Shown here: positions 32,564 through 42,868 of the stretch, one piece after another
Numbering within the stretch: the stretch's first letter is position 1
How the letters are laid out: each line of letters opens with the position of its first letter
Assembly (NCBI GenBank): GCA_964019335.1
Contig: OZ025650.1
Span: 930,001 to 994,000, forward strand
Reading direction: 5' to 3'
Source of the DNA: Diplonema japonicum
Lineage: Eukaryota > Protista > Euglenozoa: Diplonemea
DNA length: 64,000 bases
The notes under the pieces: model-generated
Told to the model about the DNA's origin: nothing
The model's input: the letters and a program-made list of their open reading frames with translations, nothing else
The model's database searches: none
Translations under genes and position numbers: made by a program

Positions 32564-33052
32564 ATGACAGGCGAGCTAGACCCAAAGGTGCCCAAAGGAT
32601 ACCACGACGCAGTCAAGAGGCTTCGTGTCGGGACAGAGAAAAGAGAGCGCGAGGACACACCCCTGCGGGGTCGTGGAGGGGGGTATGCAGCACGACAGGG
32701 CACAGCGACCACAACCCCAACTCGGAGGTTAAGTGTCTCGCCAGGGGGGAGGTTAAGTGTTTCAACAGGGGGGAAATTCAAGCCCCGGGGTGCTGGGAAG
32801 CCGATCATGTACTTGGACCTCAACCTACCACAGGGGAAAAAAGGTAAAATAGGAATACACCCTGAGGACGATCCTGCACGTCTCGCACGCAACTTTGCCA
32901 AGACCTACCAACTCACACCAGCCCTTGAAACCAAGGTACTGTCAGTCATCAAGTCACATCTTGAAGACACAGTACCTCTCCTTATCCAGAAGCGTGACAC
33001 AGCCTGCTGCCCGTTGTGCTGTTCATGTACTTGCCACTCAAAACATCGTTGA
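32564..33052 (+). CDS. Hypothetical protein with conserved-looking small C-terminal domain
   Basis: YLDLNLPQGKKGKIGIHPEDDPARLARNFAKTYQL segment. Confidence 0.65.
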   Translation: MTGELDPKVPKGYHDAVKRLRVGTEKREREDTPLRGRGGGYAARQGTATTTPTRRLSVSPGGRLSVSTGGKFKPRGAGKPIMYLDLNLPQGKKGKIGIHPEDDPARLARNFAKTYQLTPALETKVLSVIKSHLEDTVPLLIQKRDTACCPLCCSCTCHSKHR

Positions 33053-33109
33053 TTCACACCATGTATTCAGGTTGGACACATTGCTGAAGAGACCCATACA
33101 GATTACACA

Positions 33110-33598
33110 ATGGATAAAAGCAACCCCAAACCCACGAAGAACTCTGTCTCACCGACGAAGGTTGTCCTCCTCCTCCTCATATCTCTCATAGGCATGTGTG
33201 CTTCCTACATATATAGAACACAGCGTGGTGCGCGGTTGGGGCTGATCGTGTCGTGTGTTGTGCTGCCGCCGTTGATAGTAGTGGCTAGAGACGTGGTGCA
33301 AGCCTCTGGAGTTATGGTGTCTGCAGGGTTAACTGTGTGTGGGTGGGGTTTCATCAGCTGTGTAGTATTGATAGCAGTTGGAAGTTCTCGAGGCTGGGTG
33401 GCTATTAGCATCGCGGGCATAGCTGTCTGTGTGTGCTACGCCAGCTACAAAATAGTAGCTATTTTTAGAACAAAGAAAGCCGATGTAGAACAAGCGCTAT
33501 CCCATCCTCAAGCGCCGCCTCAGTTGTATCCTACTTACCCTCAGCCCATCCAGGGCCTGCCTCACCCCCCTCCTCACTTGCAGCCTTGTGTCGTTTAG
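33110..33598 (+). CDS. Small four-TM protein with Pro/Gln tail
   Basis: Four hydrophobic stretches in a 162-aa ORF. Confidence 0.65.
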   Translation: MDKSNPKPTKNSVSPTKVVLLLLISLIGMCASYIYRTQRGARLGLIVSCVVLPPLIVVARDVVQASGVMVSAGLTVCGWGFISCVVLIAVGSSRGWVAISIAGIAVCVCYASYKIVAIFRTKKADVEQALSHPQAPPQLYPTYPQPIQGLPHPPPHLQPCVV

Positions 33599-34026
33599 CT
33601 GCCAGTTTCTATGAGCACATATCACAGTTTTTTTTTTTTTTTTTTTTTGTGTGAATCTGTGATGGTTGCTTTCTATTACCTTTGTAGATGCTAGCTCTTT
33701 CTTACCTCCCTTTCCCGAAACAGCAGCTTGGTGTTCCTCGTGACCGCCACTCATCACAGGAAGCAGGCATATGCCGCCTTGCTGGCTTCAGTCCACCGAA
33801 GCACAGCTGGTTTTTTCCGCCACCTGCGTTCTGGGGGCTGCCAGCCTTGTTGTCATTTGGCGAACGCTATTGCTTAACCATTCAAACGCTAGTTTGCGAA
33901 CTGCGTTGAAAAAGCATGACAAGCGATGGGTGAACAGCAGCCTCTGGGAACCGCTGAACGGGTAGATGTATGAGTATTCTTCTTTGCTATACACTGCATA
34001 CTTTGAGCCACCACAGAGGTTTTAAA

Positions 34027-35186
34027 ATGACCTTAGAAGCGACGTACATATGTGTAGATAACAGTGAGACCATGCGCAATGGCGACTACTCACCAACACG
34101 GCTGCAAGCGGTGAGCAATGCGTGCAACGTCCTTGCAGCACAAAAGACCCAGGTGAACCCTGAGAATGGTGTGGGCTTTCTCACCATGGGCAACGACCGC
34201 GTTAGGATAGTAGAGACCCTGACTCCCGATCTGAACCGCCTCCTGAGCTCTCTCACACACATCACGCCGGGTGGCTCTCTGGACCTCGTGAAGGGTCTTC
34301 AGGTTTGCCAGCTGGGCCTCAAGCACAGGATGAACAAGAACCAAAGGCAGCGTATTGTGGCCTTCGTGGGGAGCAAAGTGAACTCGACGGAGAAGGAACT
34401 GGTGACCCTTGCAAAAAAATTGAAGAAGCATTCAGTGAGCGTCGACATCGTGTGCTTTGGGTGTGAAGAAAATGTGAAGTTAATGCAGGCCTTTATCGAC
34501 AACGTGAACAGCAAACAACAGGACAAGGACACGTCGCACTTGCTTGTGGTGAAAGAAGGGCAGAGCGTTGCGGACTGTCTGCTGTCGTCGCCTATCCTGA
34601 ACCCTGATGGCACTGGCGGCGGCGGCGGCGGCGGCAGTGATGCTATGTTTGGGGTTGACCCGAACCTGGACCCTGAGCTGGCGATGGTGCTGAGAATGTC
34701 AATGGAGGAAGAAAGAGCGAGACAAGAAAAGGCGAAGGCGGAGTCGGAGTCCAAGGGTGGTGACGCTGACATGCCACAGGCGGAGACGCAGGCGGCTGCT
34801 GCTGCTCCCGCTGTCATGAACGAAGACGATGACCTGGCTCGTGCCATCGCACTAAGCATGCAAGAGACGCAACCCGCGACAGACGAGCCTGTGAAGGAAA
34901 CGCAGCCCGCGTCCATGGAAGTGGATGGGTATGCCACCGTCGACACACACACACACACACACACGCACACACACACAGGGAAGAAGAGCTTACTGAAGAA
35001 CAACAGATGGAGCTGGCACTGAAAATGTCTATGCAAGAAACAGCAGACCCTGAGGTATGCCAAAAGTACAAACCAACCTCATCACAGCTCGACGCGCTCA
35101 TGGGAGACGAAGACCTCGCTGCGGAGGTGGCAGCGCAGCTTGGTGTTGATGCTTCGAAAGAGAAAGACAAAGCAAATGACAAATAA
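34027..35186 (+). CDS. RPN10: 26S proteasome subunit RPN10; exons 34027-34928, 34979-35054, 35088-35186
   Basis: MTLEATYICVDNSETMRNGDY (vWA) and DPELAMVLRMSMEEE (UIM). Splicing out the (CA)n intron restores a third UIM, TEEQQMELALKMSMQE. Confidence 0.95.
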
Positions 35187-35624
35187 AAATTGGTTAAAAC
35201 AATGAACAAGGCCAAGTAATTTTTTTTCTATATTTGGTGCCTTGTTTGTTGTTTTTCTCAGTTTTTTTTTAGAGTTTTGGTTGGGTTTTGAAGGAGAGAA
35301 GGGGGTTGTTCCTTTATTATTTTTATTTATTATTGTCCAGGAAAAAAAAAGAAAAAAAAAGAGGAAAGCCTACCTATTTAGAGAAAGGGGGGCGACAGGT
35401 GTGCTTAGAAAGAGGGAAAAAAGTGTGTTTCGTTAACCCAAAGGAGAGTAAGGTTCGCCCCCCTTCCACTAATACCCATACCCCGATTCCCTCGTTCCCC
35501 CATAACAATAGGCTAACCTAGCAGAGATAGGTTCTTTTAGCATCCTACTTACCTTTTATTTTCTGTCTTGGTGTATTATTCAACTCTCTTGTTCGCTACA
35601 ACCTATCTACCGCAGCACTTAGCT

Positions 35625-37403
35625 ATGTCGGAAACGGTTAGCGAAGAGAAGAAAGATTTGGAGAAGACAATAAACGAAGCAGCCGCGAGCATACCCACAA
35701 AGGGGAATGACCATTTGCTGAAGTGTGACACTTTTGACTACTATGCCACCGAGGGCACGCTGCGAAAGGAAATTATAAAGAAAATCGGACAGAATTTAGG
35801 CGATGTTAAGTTCACTCCCAGCGCAGAGCCAACCAGACTCGAGAAGGTAATTCCAGGCCTTGTCAGAATCGGGAAGAACCCCTCCAGCTCTGTTGCTTAC
35901 TTCTCGTTCGCCTCGGAAGAAGCAAAACTGAAGGGCATGGAATTCCTGAAATACTTAAAAGGCAAACGAAGCACACCGTGGGCCGTGCACGAGGCATCGA
36001 AGTCAGACGTCGACTACTTCAAGACGAAGAACAAAGAGCAGATTAAGCGGGCCATCAACGAACAAGGCGGAGAAGGGAAGAAGCCCAAGTACTCTTCCAT
36101 CCACGACTTTACAGAACCGCTGTACAAGATGCCGTATGAGGAGCAGTTGAAGCAGAAGGAGAAGAACATCATGGGGCACCTCCGCAAAATGAAAGGCAAC
36201 ATCATGTGGTCATACAAAAACGACACCCTTCCTGGCTGGGTTGCGCAGACGAAGGAAGCTTGTCCGTTGGAGTGTGTCATCCCCAGTCCTGTGGTCGAGG
36301 GCTACCGCAACAAAGTGGAGTTCAGCATTGGCTACGACAAAGACCAGAAGCCCGCGGTAGGGTTCTTGTTTGGAAAGACGCACGAGGCACGCGGGTGGAT
36401 TGAGGGGCCGTACGATATGAGGATCGTGTCGGGACACGCGAAGAGTGTCGCGAAAAAGTTCTCCGAGTACATGGGCGAGTCAGGCTACAAGCCGTATGAT
36501 AAGTTCACCCACACTGGGGTGTGGCGCACTCTGCTCATCAGGGAGGGCGTGTCAAGAGAAGACGGTGGTGCAGTGCTCCTTGTCGATGTGCAGGTTAACT
36601 TTGAGGATGAGAACGAGAAGCTTAAGGACATCATGAAAGGACTCTCGAAGACCTTCTTGGAATGGTCCCAAATCAAGCCCAGTGAATCGACGCCTGAGGC
36701 ACCTCATATTGGGAGCCTATCAGTGTCATACCACACGTGTATCAACAACATGTGCCCCGAGGATGCGCCTTGCAAAATCTTACTAGGGTCAGACTTCATC
36801 GAGGACTGTGCGAACGGGTTCCGCTTCAAGGTAAGTGCGCGCTCATTCTTCCAAGTGAACAGTAAGGGGAATGAAGTGCTGCTCAACACTATCGCAAAGT
36901 ACGCAGAACTGAACAAAGACACGGTGCTGCTTGACCTGTGCTGCGGGACAGGCACCATCGGGATATCTCTTGCTAACTCAGTGCAGAAGGTGATCGGCAT
37001 CGACATTGCGAAGTCGTCCATCGAAGATGCGAAGTTGAACGCCTTGGCCAACGGCGTTAGCAACGTTGAGTACTACTGCGGGAAATGCGAGGATCTTGTG
37101 GAGGACATTCTCAGCAGGTACAAGTCAAATGCCAATGTAGTGGCCGTAGTCGACCCACCCAGAGGGGGACTGCACAAAAAGGTCCTGTCTTTCCTGAGAT
37201 GCAGCAACCTCCAGCGCTTCGTGTATGTCAGCTGCAACCAAAACTCTCTTGTGGAGAACACTACACTGCTATGCAAACCGCCTTCCTTGAAGCTGCAGAG
37301 CCAGCCTTTTGCGCCAGTGAAGTCGATCGGTGTAGATCTGTTCCCTCACTGTGACCAGCAGGAACTTGTGGTGCTCTTCGAAAGACAGAGTAAGCAGGCA
37401 TGA
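35625..37403 (+). CDS. TRM2: tRNA (uracil-5)-methyltransferase TRM2/TRMT2
   Basis: GYRNKVEF, SFFQVN, LDLCCGTGTIG, VDPPRGG, YVSCN and VDLFPH motifs. Confidence 0.92.
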   Translation: MSETVSEEKKDLEKTINEAAASIPTKGNDHLLKCDTFDYYATEGTLRKEIIKKIGQNLGDVKFTPSAEPTRLEKVIPGLVRIGKNPSSSVAYFSFASEEAKLKGMEFLKYLKGKRSTPWAVHEASKSDVDYFKTKNKEQIKRAINEQGGEGKKPKYSSIHDFTEPLYKMPYEEQLKQKEKNIMGHLRKMKGNIMWSYKNDTLPGWVAQTKEACPLECVIPSPVVEGYRNKVEFSIGYDKDQKPAVGFLFGKTHEARGWIEGPYDMRIVSGHAKSVAKKFSEYMGESGYKPYDKFTHTGVWRTLLIREGVSREDGGAVLLVDVQVNFEDENEKLKDIMKGLSKTFLEWSQIKPSESTPEAPHIGSLSVSYHTCINNMCPEDAPCKILLGSDFIEDCANGFRFKVSARSFFQVNSKGNEVLLNTIAKYAELNKDTVLLDLCCGTGTIGISLANSVQKVIGIDIAKSSIEDAKLNALANGVSNVEYYCGKCEDLVEDILSRYKSNANVVAVVDPPRGGLHKKVLSFLRCSNLQRFVYVSCNQNSLVENTTLLCKPPSLKLQSQPFAPVKSIGVDLFPHCDQQELVVLFERQSKQA

Positions 37404-37539
37404 GTTATATGTACTTTTACTTTCCTTTTTCTTTACTGTTCTCTTAAGCGTCACAATTTGTTATCATGGTGTTCTTGTTGATGCTCCCTGCATTGTTTAA
37501 AACACAATTGACAGAATTTGCGAAAAAAAAAGGGGTAAA

Positions 37540-37997
37540 ATGTTTAAGGGAGCACCCCCGAAGGGGTATAGTACCCCGCGTGACCCCCCGAAGATGGCAG
37601 CAGGAACGCAGATGTGTCAAAAGTGCCGCCAGCTGGGGCACTGGACGTATGAGTGTCAGAATGGTGAGGTGTATTTGTCGAGGCCGAGCAGGACCCAGGT
37701 ATTGGAGAATCCGTCACTGAAGAAGGTGTCGGTGATGGAGACGACAGTGCCGGTGGGGGAGGAAAAGTCTGCAGGACTGAGGAAGCTTCACGCGAAGTTG
37801 GCGTCCCTGAAGTCAAAAAACAAGCGTAAGCGCGAAGATACTGACTCGGACTCGGACTCCGACTCCGACTCCTCCAGCTCCAGCTCTAGTTCCTCTTCTT
37901 CTTCATCCTCCTCTTCATCCTCTTCGTCAAGCAGGTATGCATCACAAACGAATTAAACTTATCTAGAAAAAAGAAGAAGAAGAAGAGCAGGAAGTGA
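37540..37997 (+). CDS. ZCCHC10: ZCCHC10-like zinc-knuckle protein; exons 37540-37934, 37967-37997
   Basis: [23 protein letters not shown], Ser/Asp tract; 32-nt intron before a Lys-rich end. Confidence 0.85.
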
Positions 37998-38122
37998 GGA
38001 TCAATACCTGTCAAGTGGTAGGGTTTTAACCCTTTTAACAGTTGTTAAACAGTCAGTTTTCAGTACACTTTTCTCGATGCTTTTGTGGCTCGCTTTGTAG
38101 GGTTGAAAGGTCAACAGGCAAC

Positions 38123-39292
38123 ATGGACGTAGAAAGCCTGAAGGGTGTGTGGGGCCATGTAGCAGACGGCGGGGTCGATAGGTTTTTGGAGAACGAACTG
38201 CACATAACAGATGAGGTTGATGAAGAAGAGATACCAACGGTAGCATGGCTGGGGAAGCACTCGCAAGCTGACAGTCAGGGGGTGCATGGGGTAGTGGCGG
38301 AGGGGTTCACGCTGGTGAAGGACTGCATTGAACAGAAGAAGCGAGTGATCGATGTTGACACAACACAGGATGGGACAGAGGGATGTCACGACACTATTGG
38401 TGAGGTGATACGGGAGTTCGAGGCTCTGCACGGCGTGGAGGTGCTGCATGCGACAGAGTGTGGCAGCAGGATGTTTGGGTGGGGGTCACAAGACTCTGAT
38501 TTCGACATCAAGCTGGTCTACAAACATCCTGTGGAGAGATACATCAGCATCAAGCAACGCGATCAGCCCTCCCGGCTGTCATACGTGTGCTGGGCCAACC
38601 TCCACACAGCCTGCCCCATCGACATCACCATCATCGGCTGGGACGTCCACCACTTTCTCGAGCTCATCCAAGACTCGAACCCCACTGCACTGGACTGTTT
38701 GTACAGCCCTGTGGTGTGGAAGGGTACTCCCTCCCCCTTCGATGACCTAAAGAAAAGCGTCCCTGGCCACCTCTCCATCATCAAGTACGTGCAGTCCCGC
38801 ATGTCCATTGTGCACTCGACAACCCTGCGTCATCTGAGGAAACAAATTAATCCTAAACGCGCAAAAAAGTCAAAGACTAAGGACCACCCCCCTGAGCCCA
38901 CACACATCAAGCCCAAGGAATACATCATCATGGTGCGCTGCATGGCAGAAGTGACATTGATGCTGGCTTCGTCTGCAGCCTTCCCGCTGCCAATGCCTTT
39001 CCAGGAGTTATGGTCTGCGTACCGTAGGGAGCATGCGGTGTCCGATGATGTGAACGCATGGGTGACTGCTTATCTGGAGAACAAAACAAAGCTGTCGAAG
39101 TATCACTCGAGCAACATGATGGCAGAGAGGTCTGCGCCCATTGAAGATTTTGTTTTCTCAAAGTATCAAGCCTTCTACGACAAACTAGGCGACAGCGAGG
39201 AAGGTGAGCCATCTCTCAGGCGCTCCCTGTACCGCCGTCCCTTGGCACATGCGTATCTCAACACTATGTTGAGGCGCATCGTTTTGCGCTAG
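38123..39292 (+). CDS. Pol-beta-superfamily nucleotidyltransferase (YcgL/RlaP-like)
   Basis: ECGSRMFGWGSQDSDFD and GWDVHHFLELIQDSNPTALDCLYSPVV motifs. Confidence 0.8.
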   Translation: MDVESLKGVWGHVADGGVDRFLENELHITDEVDEEEIPTVAWLGKHSQADSQGVHGVVAEGFTLVKDCIEQKKRVIDVDTTQDGTEGCHDTIGEVIREFEALHGVEVLHATECGSRMFGWGSQDSDFDIKLVYKHPVERYISIKQRDQPSRLSYVCWANLHTACPIDITIIGWDVHHFLELIQDSNPTALDCLYSPVVWKGTPSPFDDLKKSVPGHLSIIKYVQSRMSIVHSTTLRHLRKQINPKRAKKSKTKDHPPEPTHIKPKEYIIMVRCMAEVTLMLASSAAFPLPMPFQELWSAYRREHAVSDDVNAWVTAYLENKTKLSKYHSSNMMAERSAPIEDFVFSKYQAFYDKLGDSEEGEPSLRRSLYRRPLAHAYLNTMLRRIVLR

Positions 39293-39360
39293 TCATTCTA
39301 ACCACATGGCTGATTAATAGCATTCGCCGAGCATTCTGTACTTAGGTCACACAGGTTGGA

Positions 39361-41109
39361 ATGGATGACGTGCTGTGGGAATATTACAAAGGGTGCAGGT
39401 TTGTAGATTGTGAGATAGTTGATGGCGCAGATGCCGAACGCAAATGGGGGTGCCACAGGGTGGTGTTAGCAGCCAACAGCTCGTACTTCGATGCCCTCTT
39501 CGCACCGGAGCAGGTGGTGCAAGAAGCACAAGACACACAAGGGTCAGTCATCGGCACCCTGTCGCAGGCTATTGTAAGACTGCCTTTTCCGCAACAAGCA
39601 ACACATGTTTTTGGGGACATTGTATCTTACCTGTACAATCAAAGCGTGCAGAATGACATCCCACTAGAGGACACGGTCCCTCTGCTTGTGCTGGCAGCCC
39701 TGCTGGGAATGGACGGGCTTAGCGTGAAACTGTACAACGCTCTCATGCAGCTGTCGTCCTCACCAACAGAATGCGTAGCTGTACTTAGCCTGCTAACGGA
39801 TCAATGGCTTAAAGATCTAGATTCGGTAGTTTGTAAAGCAGCACTCAGTGCATCTATCAATCACCAGGCCATGGCCGTCGCAGTGCGAGGCGCTCGTGAA
39901 GCGGCAGTACGATGTAAAGCACTTCACAAGCACTGTGTTGGCACGCTAGTACCATCTCTGACTGATCTGTGTCTTGAGGAACTCCCCCCCGAGTCTCTGC
40001 TGTCCATTTTGCAGCACAGCACACAAGACGCTGCAACTACCTCCTCCTTGGTATCCAAGTACATCATCAAGAAGGAAGCTTCTTCTGTTCCAGATAACGT
40101 CTTCTCGCAACTCTGTCTGCACGTGACTAACATTCCGGCAGTGGACCTTACTTCCATACTGAAGGTAGCTATCGAGAGGAAGGAGGGAACCTTGATCAAG
40201 AAATGTCTCTCGGCCGCGTCAGATGCGTACGACAAGGTGGACGGCTTGGACAACGAGCTGCTCAACGTCCTCGATTCCGGTGGACTGAAAAGAAAGCGGA
40301 GCCCCGACAGCAGCGAGAAGGAATCTAAAGACTCGTCACACGTTGCCATCCCCCCCAACAAGGAGAGGGAATCACAGGGTGCATCAGACACCTCACAGAC
40401 ATCATCGGCCCCGTTGGTTTCTTCGTCGCCTGACAAGCTGCCACAGCTTACGGGGGGTTCGGACGTGCTGTTTGGTGGGACATTGCAGGAAAAGGGGTTC
40501 GAGGAGGAGGACGAAGAGGAGAAAGAGAAGGAAGCGATAGATGCTGTTTTGACAATGTCTCAGTCGCAGGACTGTGCAGGGGTGCAAAAGGTGATGGAAA
40601 GGCTACATACAGCTATGGCGTCTCATAGAAAGAAAAGGAAGGTAATATGCAAAAACACAATCATCGAGACGAAGACTGAAGTGTACCATAAGGTGGAGCA
40701 CGTGCGGAAGCATTGCAGCGAGCTGTGGAGCGGTGTCGAAGACACCTTGGGCGCCATGATGGACGAGCTTGCGAACATGACTGCTGCGGTGAAGAAAGAC
40801 GTAGAAGGGAAGACAGTAGTTCTGGAGGAGCTGCGCCAGAAATGTGATGGTCTCGAGGAGGAGGTACTTACCTCCAAACAACAATGCGCATTCGTCGATG
40901 ATTTCCTACAAAAGATAAGAATGCACACCAGTTCACAGATCCAAGCTGCGGGACACTGCAGCAAGCAGCTGGTCACAACACTGAAAGAAGATGCAGATAG
41001 CGCAGTGAGCGAGCTGGAGAAGAAGCTGAATAACGTTGCCGACAAGAACACTGGGGCACTGAAGAGACTGTCGGCGCTGCTAGCAAGCGAGCTGTCGATG
41101 GACACGTGA
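39361..41109 (+). CDS. BTB/POZ-domain protein with C-terminal coiled coil
   Basis: FVDCEIV...CHRVVLAANSSYFDALF...IVSYLY. Confidence 0.85.
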   Translation: MDDVLWEYYKGCRFVDCEIVDGADAERKWGCHRVVLAANSSYFDALFAPEQVVQEAQDTQGSVIGTLSQAIVRLPFPQQATHVFGDIVSYLYNQSVQNDIPLEDTVPLLVLAALLGMDGLSVKLYNALMQLSSSPTECVAVLSLLTDQWLKDLDSVVCKAALSASINHQAMAVAVRGAREAAVRCKALHKHCVGTLVPSLTDLCLEELPPESLLSILQHSTQDAATTSSLVSKYIIKKEASSVPDNVFSQLCLHVTNIPAVDLTSILKVAIERKEGTLIKKCLSAASDAYDKVDGLDNELLNVLDSGGLKRKRSPDSSEKESKDSSHVAIPPNKERESQGASDTSQTSSAPLVSSSPDKLPQLTGGSDVLFGGTLQEKGFEEEDEEEKEKEAIDAVLTMSQSQDCAGVQKVMERLHTAMASHRKKRKVICKNTIIETKTEVYHKVEHVRKHCSELWSGVEDTLGAMMDELANMTAAVKKDVEGKTVVLEELRQKCDGLEEEVLTSKQQCAFVDDFLQKIRMHTSSQIQAAGHCSKQLVTTLKEDADSAVSELEKKLNNVADKNTGALKRLSALLASELSMDT

Positions 41110-41159
41110 AAATCTTGTTTTGTTGTTGCCGTAATAACAACCACCCCACCCAGGTACAC

Positions 41160-41759
41160 ATGGAGTCAATACTACCGCCAGTGCCAGGCAACAACTTCCA
41201 CAATGTCCGTTCAGAGGGGAGACTAGCACGGAGCACGTTGAAGGACAGAGATAAGCGGATGAAAGCAGCTATGAATAACAAGGTAGGAAAGAAAGGCAGA
41301 GACAAGAACGTGGGGCAGCTGCGGCAAGGCAGTGGGTGGATTGATGAAACAGAGCGGCTCCGAGCTGACAGTGGCGCAGAAGTGCAGAGAGTGGACAGGA
41401 TGCTGAAGGCAAAGAGACAAGCAAAGTGGGACTATCACAGGTCAATGAACCAGAACAGGGAGAAAGAAAGGTGGGACAGAATAAACAATGGCAGAGACAA
41501 AGTGGCAGAAACGTTGATGCTCGTAGCAGGCACGGACAAACGAAACCAATCTTCTGTGCGGTACAACCTCATCAACCATGTCTACACAGACAGCAGGTCG
41601 GCAGCAGAGGCAACCTACCGCGACGACTGCACCAAATACTTGGCAACTTGTAGAACCAAGGAGCTTACTCACCGCAACAACTTGTCAGGCTACAACATAC
41701 TAACAGGTGAATCTTCGAGGCAGATCGAACCACCGTCCAAACCACAAAGACCGCAATAG
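41160..41759 (+). CDS. Hypothetical basic protein (possibly ciliary)
   Basis: ATG 41160; two YN[LI][IL] motifs (YNLIN, YNILTG). Confidence 0.65.
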   Translation: MESILPPVPGNNFHNVRSEGRLARSTLKDRDKRMKAAMNNKVGKKGRDKNVGQLRQGSGWIDETERLRADSGAEVQRVDRMLKAKRQAKWDYHRSMNQNREKERWDRINNGRDKVAETLMLVAGTDKRNQSSVRYNLINHVYTDSRSAAEATYRDDCTKYLATCRTKELTHRNNLSGYNILTGESSRQIEPPSKPQRPQ

Positions 41760-41892
41760 TTTTCTCGAACAGAGATGTGCAAAAATATTTTCTGTGTTTA
41801 GCCGTCACTCAGTGTAGTGCAATTAGTATTTCCATGCGAAGGCCCGTCCTTGTTGCACCTTTCCGTGTTTAACACATTTCAGAATAACAAAG

Positions 41893-42750
41893 ATGAGTGT
41901 CGAAGAAGAGCATCAGGTGAAAAAGCGTAAGTACGAGGAGATCGATGTAGACGTGCCGCACCCAGTGGAGCAAGTAACTGTGGTGGATGCGAGCCAGAGG
42001 ATGTCAAAGTGGCCGCGAATGAAGACAGTGATGCTGAAGGCTCTTGGTGTGGAGTTTGAGGAAGTGGTACCAGAGCCAACGGTGACTAAAGGGGAAGCGG
42101 TGTATGTGATTGCTAAGGCTCAACACCCCTTTGGAGATGAGGTAGTGTGCTTAGTGGAGAAAAGCAGAGGGCAAGGGTACGTGTTGATGCCCGAGAAGGC
42201 GTTAGCAAAGATAAGAGGGCGTGCGATGGTGACGGCTGTGGGACAGCAATACTCGAACTGGGCGTCGATGGAGGAGAAGATGGGCATCAAGGTCACGCCT
42301 GAATTCAAAGCAAGGATAGGACAGGTAGGCCTGGTACTTGCGAAGGAACCGCACCCTAGAGACACCGAAATTCAAGTCGTTGCCCTTCAGATAGCGGAAG
42401 GTGGTGTCGTGCTGGTGAAGTCGAGAGCAATCCGAGAGCTCCCAGTGTCTATTGTGGAAGTTACAGACCCCCTGGCGAGGTACACCCCTTGGGCTAAAAT
42501 GGCAGAAGCCCTCGGCATCGAAGAACCCAAAGACCCTCCCACCCTTGCTGCCGGTCAGGCCGGGATCGCAGTGGTATCTACCCGTAACACAGAATACCCC
42601 ACACAGGCGGAGAAAAAACACTTTAACGAACCCGATACGATAGTTGTCGCCGTAGAGCTGCTTAGCGGTATGTTGAGAAGGCACCTCACCACCACAGGCG
42701 CCGGCAAAGTGATGCTCGATAAGCGAGGCTTGAAGTACGTGAAGTATTAG
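41893..42750 (+). CDS. Hypothetical protein with three internal repeats; probable in-frame intron 42668-42697
   Basis: Three VxV...YxxWxxM...LG repeats of about 75 aa; GTATG...ACAG 30-nt insert. Confidence 0.75.
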   Translation: MSVEEEHQVKKRKYEEIDVDVPHPVEQVTVVDASQRMSKWPRMKTVMLKALGVEFEEVVPEPTVTKGEAVYVIAKAQHPFGDEVVCLVEKSRGQGYVLMPEKALAKIRGRAMVTAVGQQYSNWASMEEKMGIKVTPEFKARIGQVGLVLAKEPHPRDTEIQVVALQIAEGGVVLVKSRAIRELPVSIVEVTDPLARYTPWAKMAEALGIEEPKDPPTLAAGQAGIAVVSTRNTEYPTQAEKKHFNEPDTIVVAVELLSGMLRRHLTTTGAGKVMLDKRGLKYVKY

Positions 42751-42868
42751 CGTCCGAAAAGAACTAAATATGAGCTATTCCTTGGCTTATTTCAGCTCTT
42801 TACAAATAATGTAGAGGAGAGTGTTCACATACAAGTCTTTTGTTCTTGTTGCAGTCTCACAGGTTGGG

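Noticed and set aside
33771-33965. 64-aa single-TM ORF
   Set aside because: Plausible microprotein but no motif or other support, so not called.
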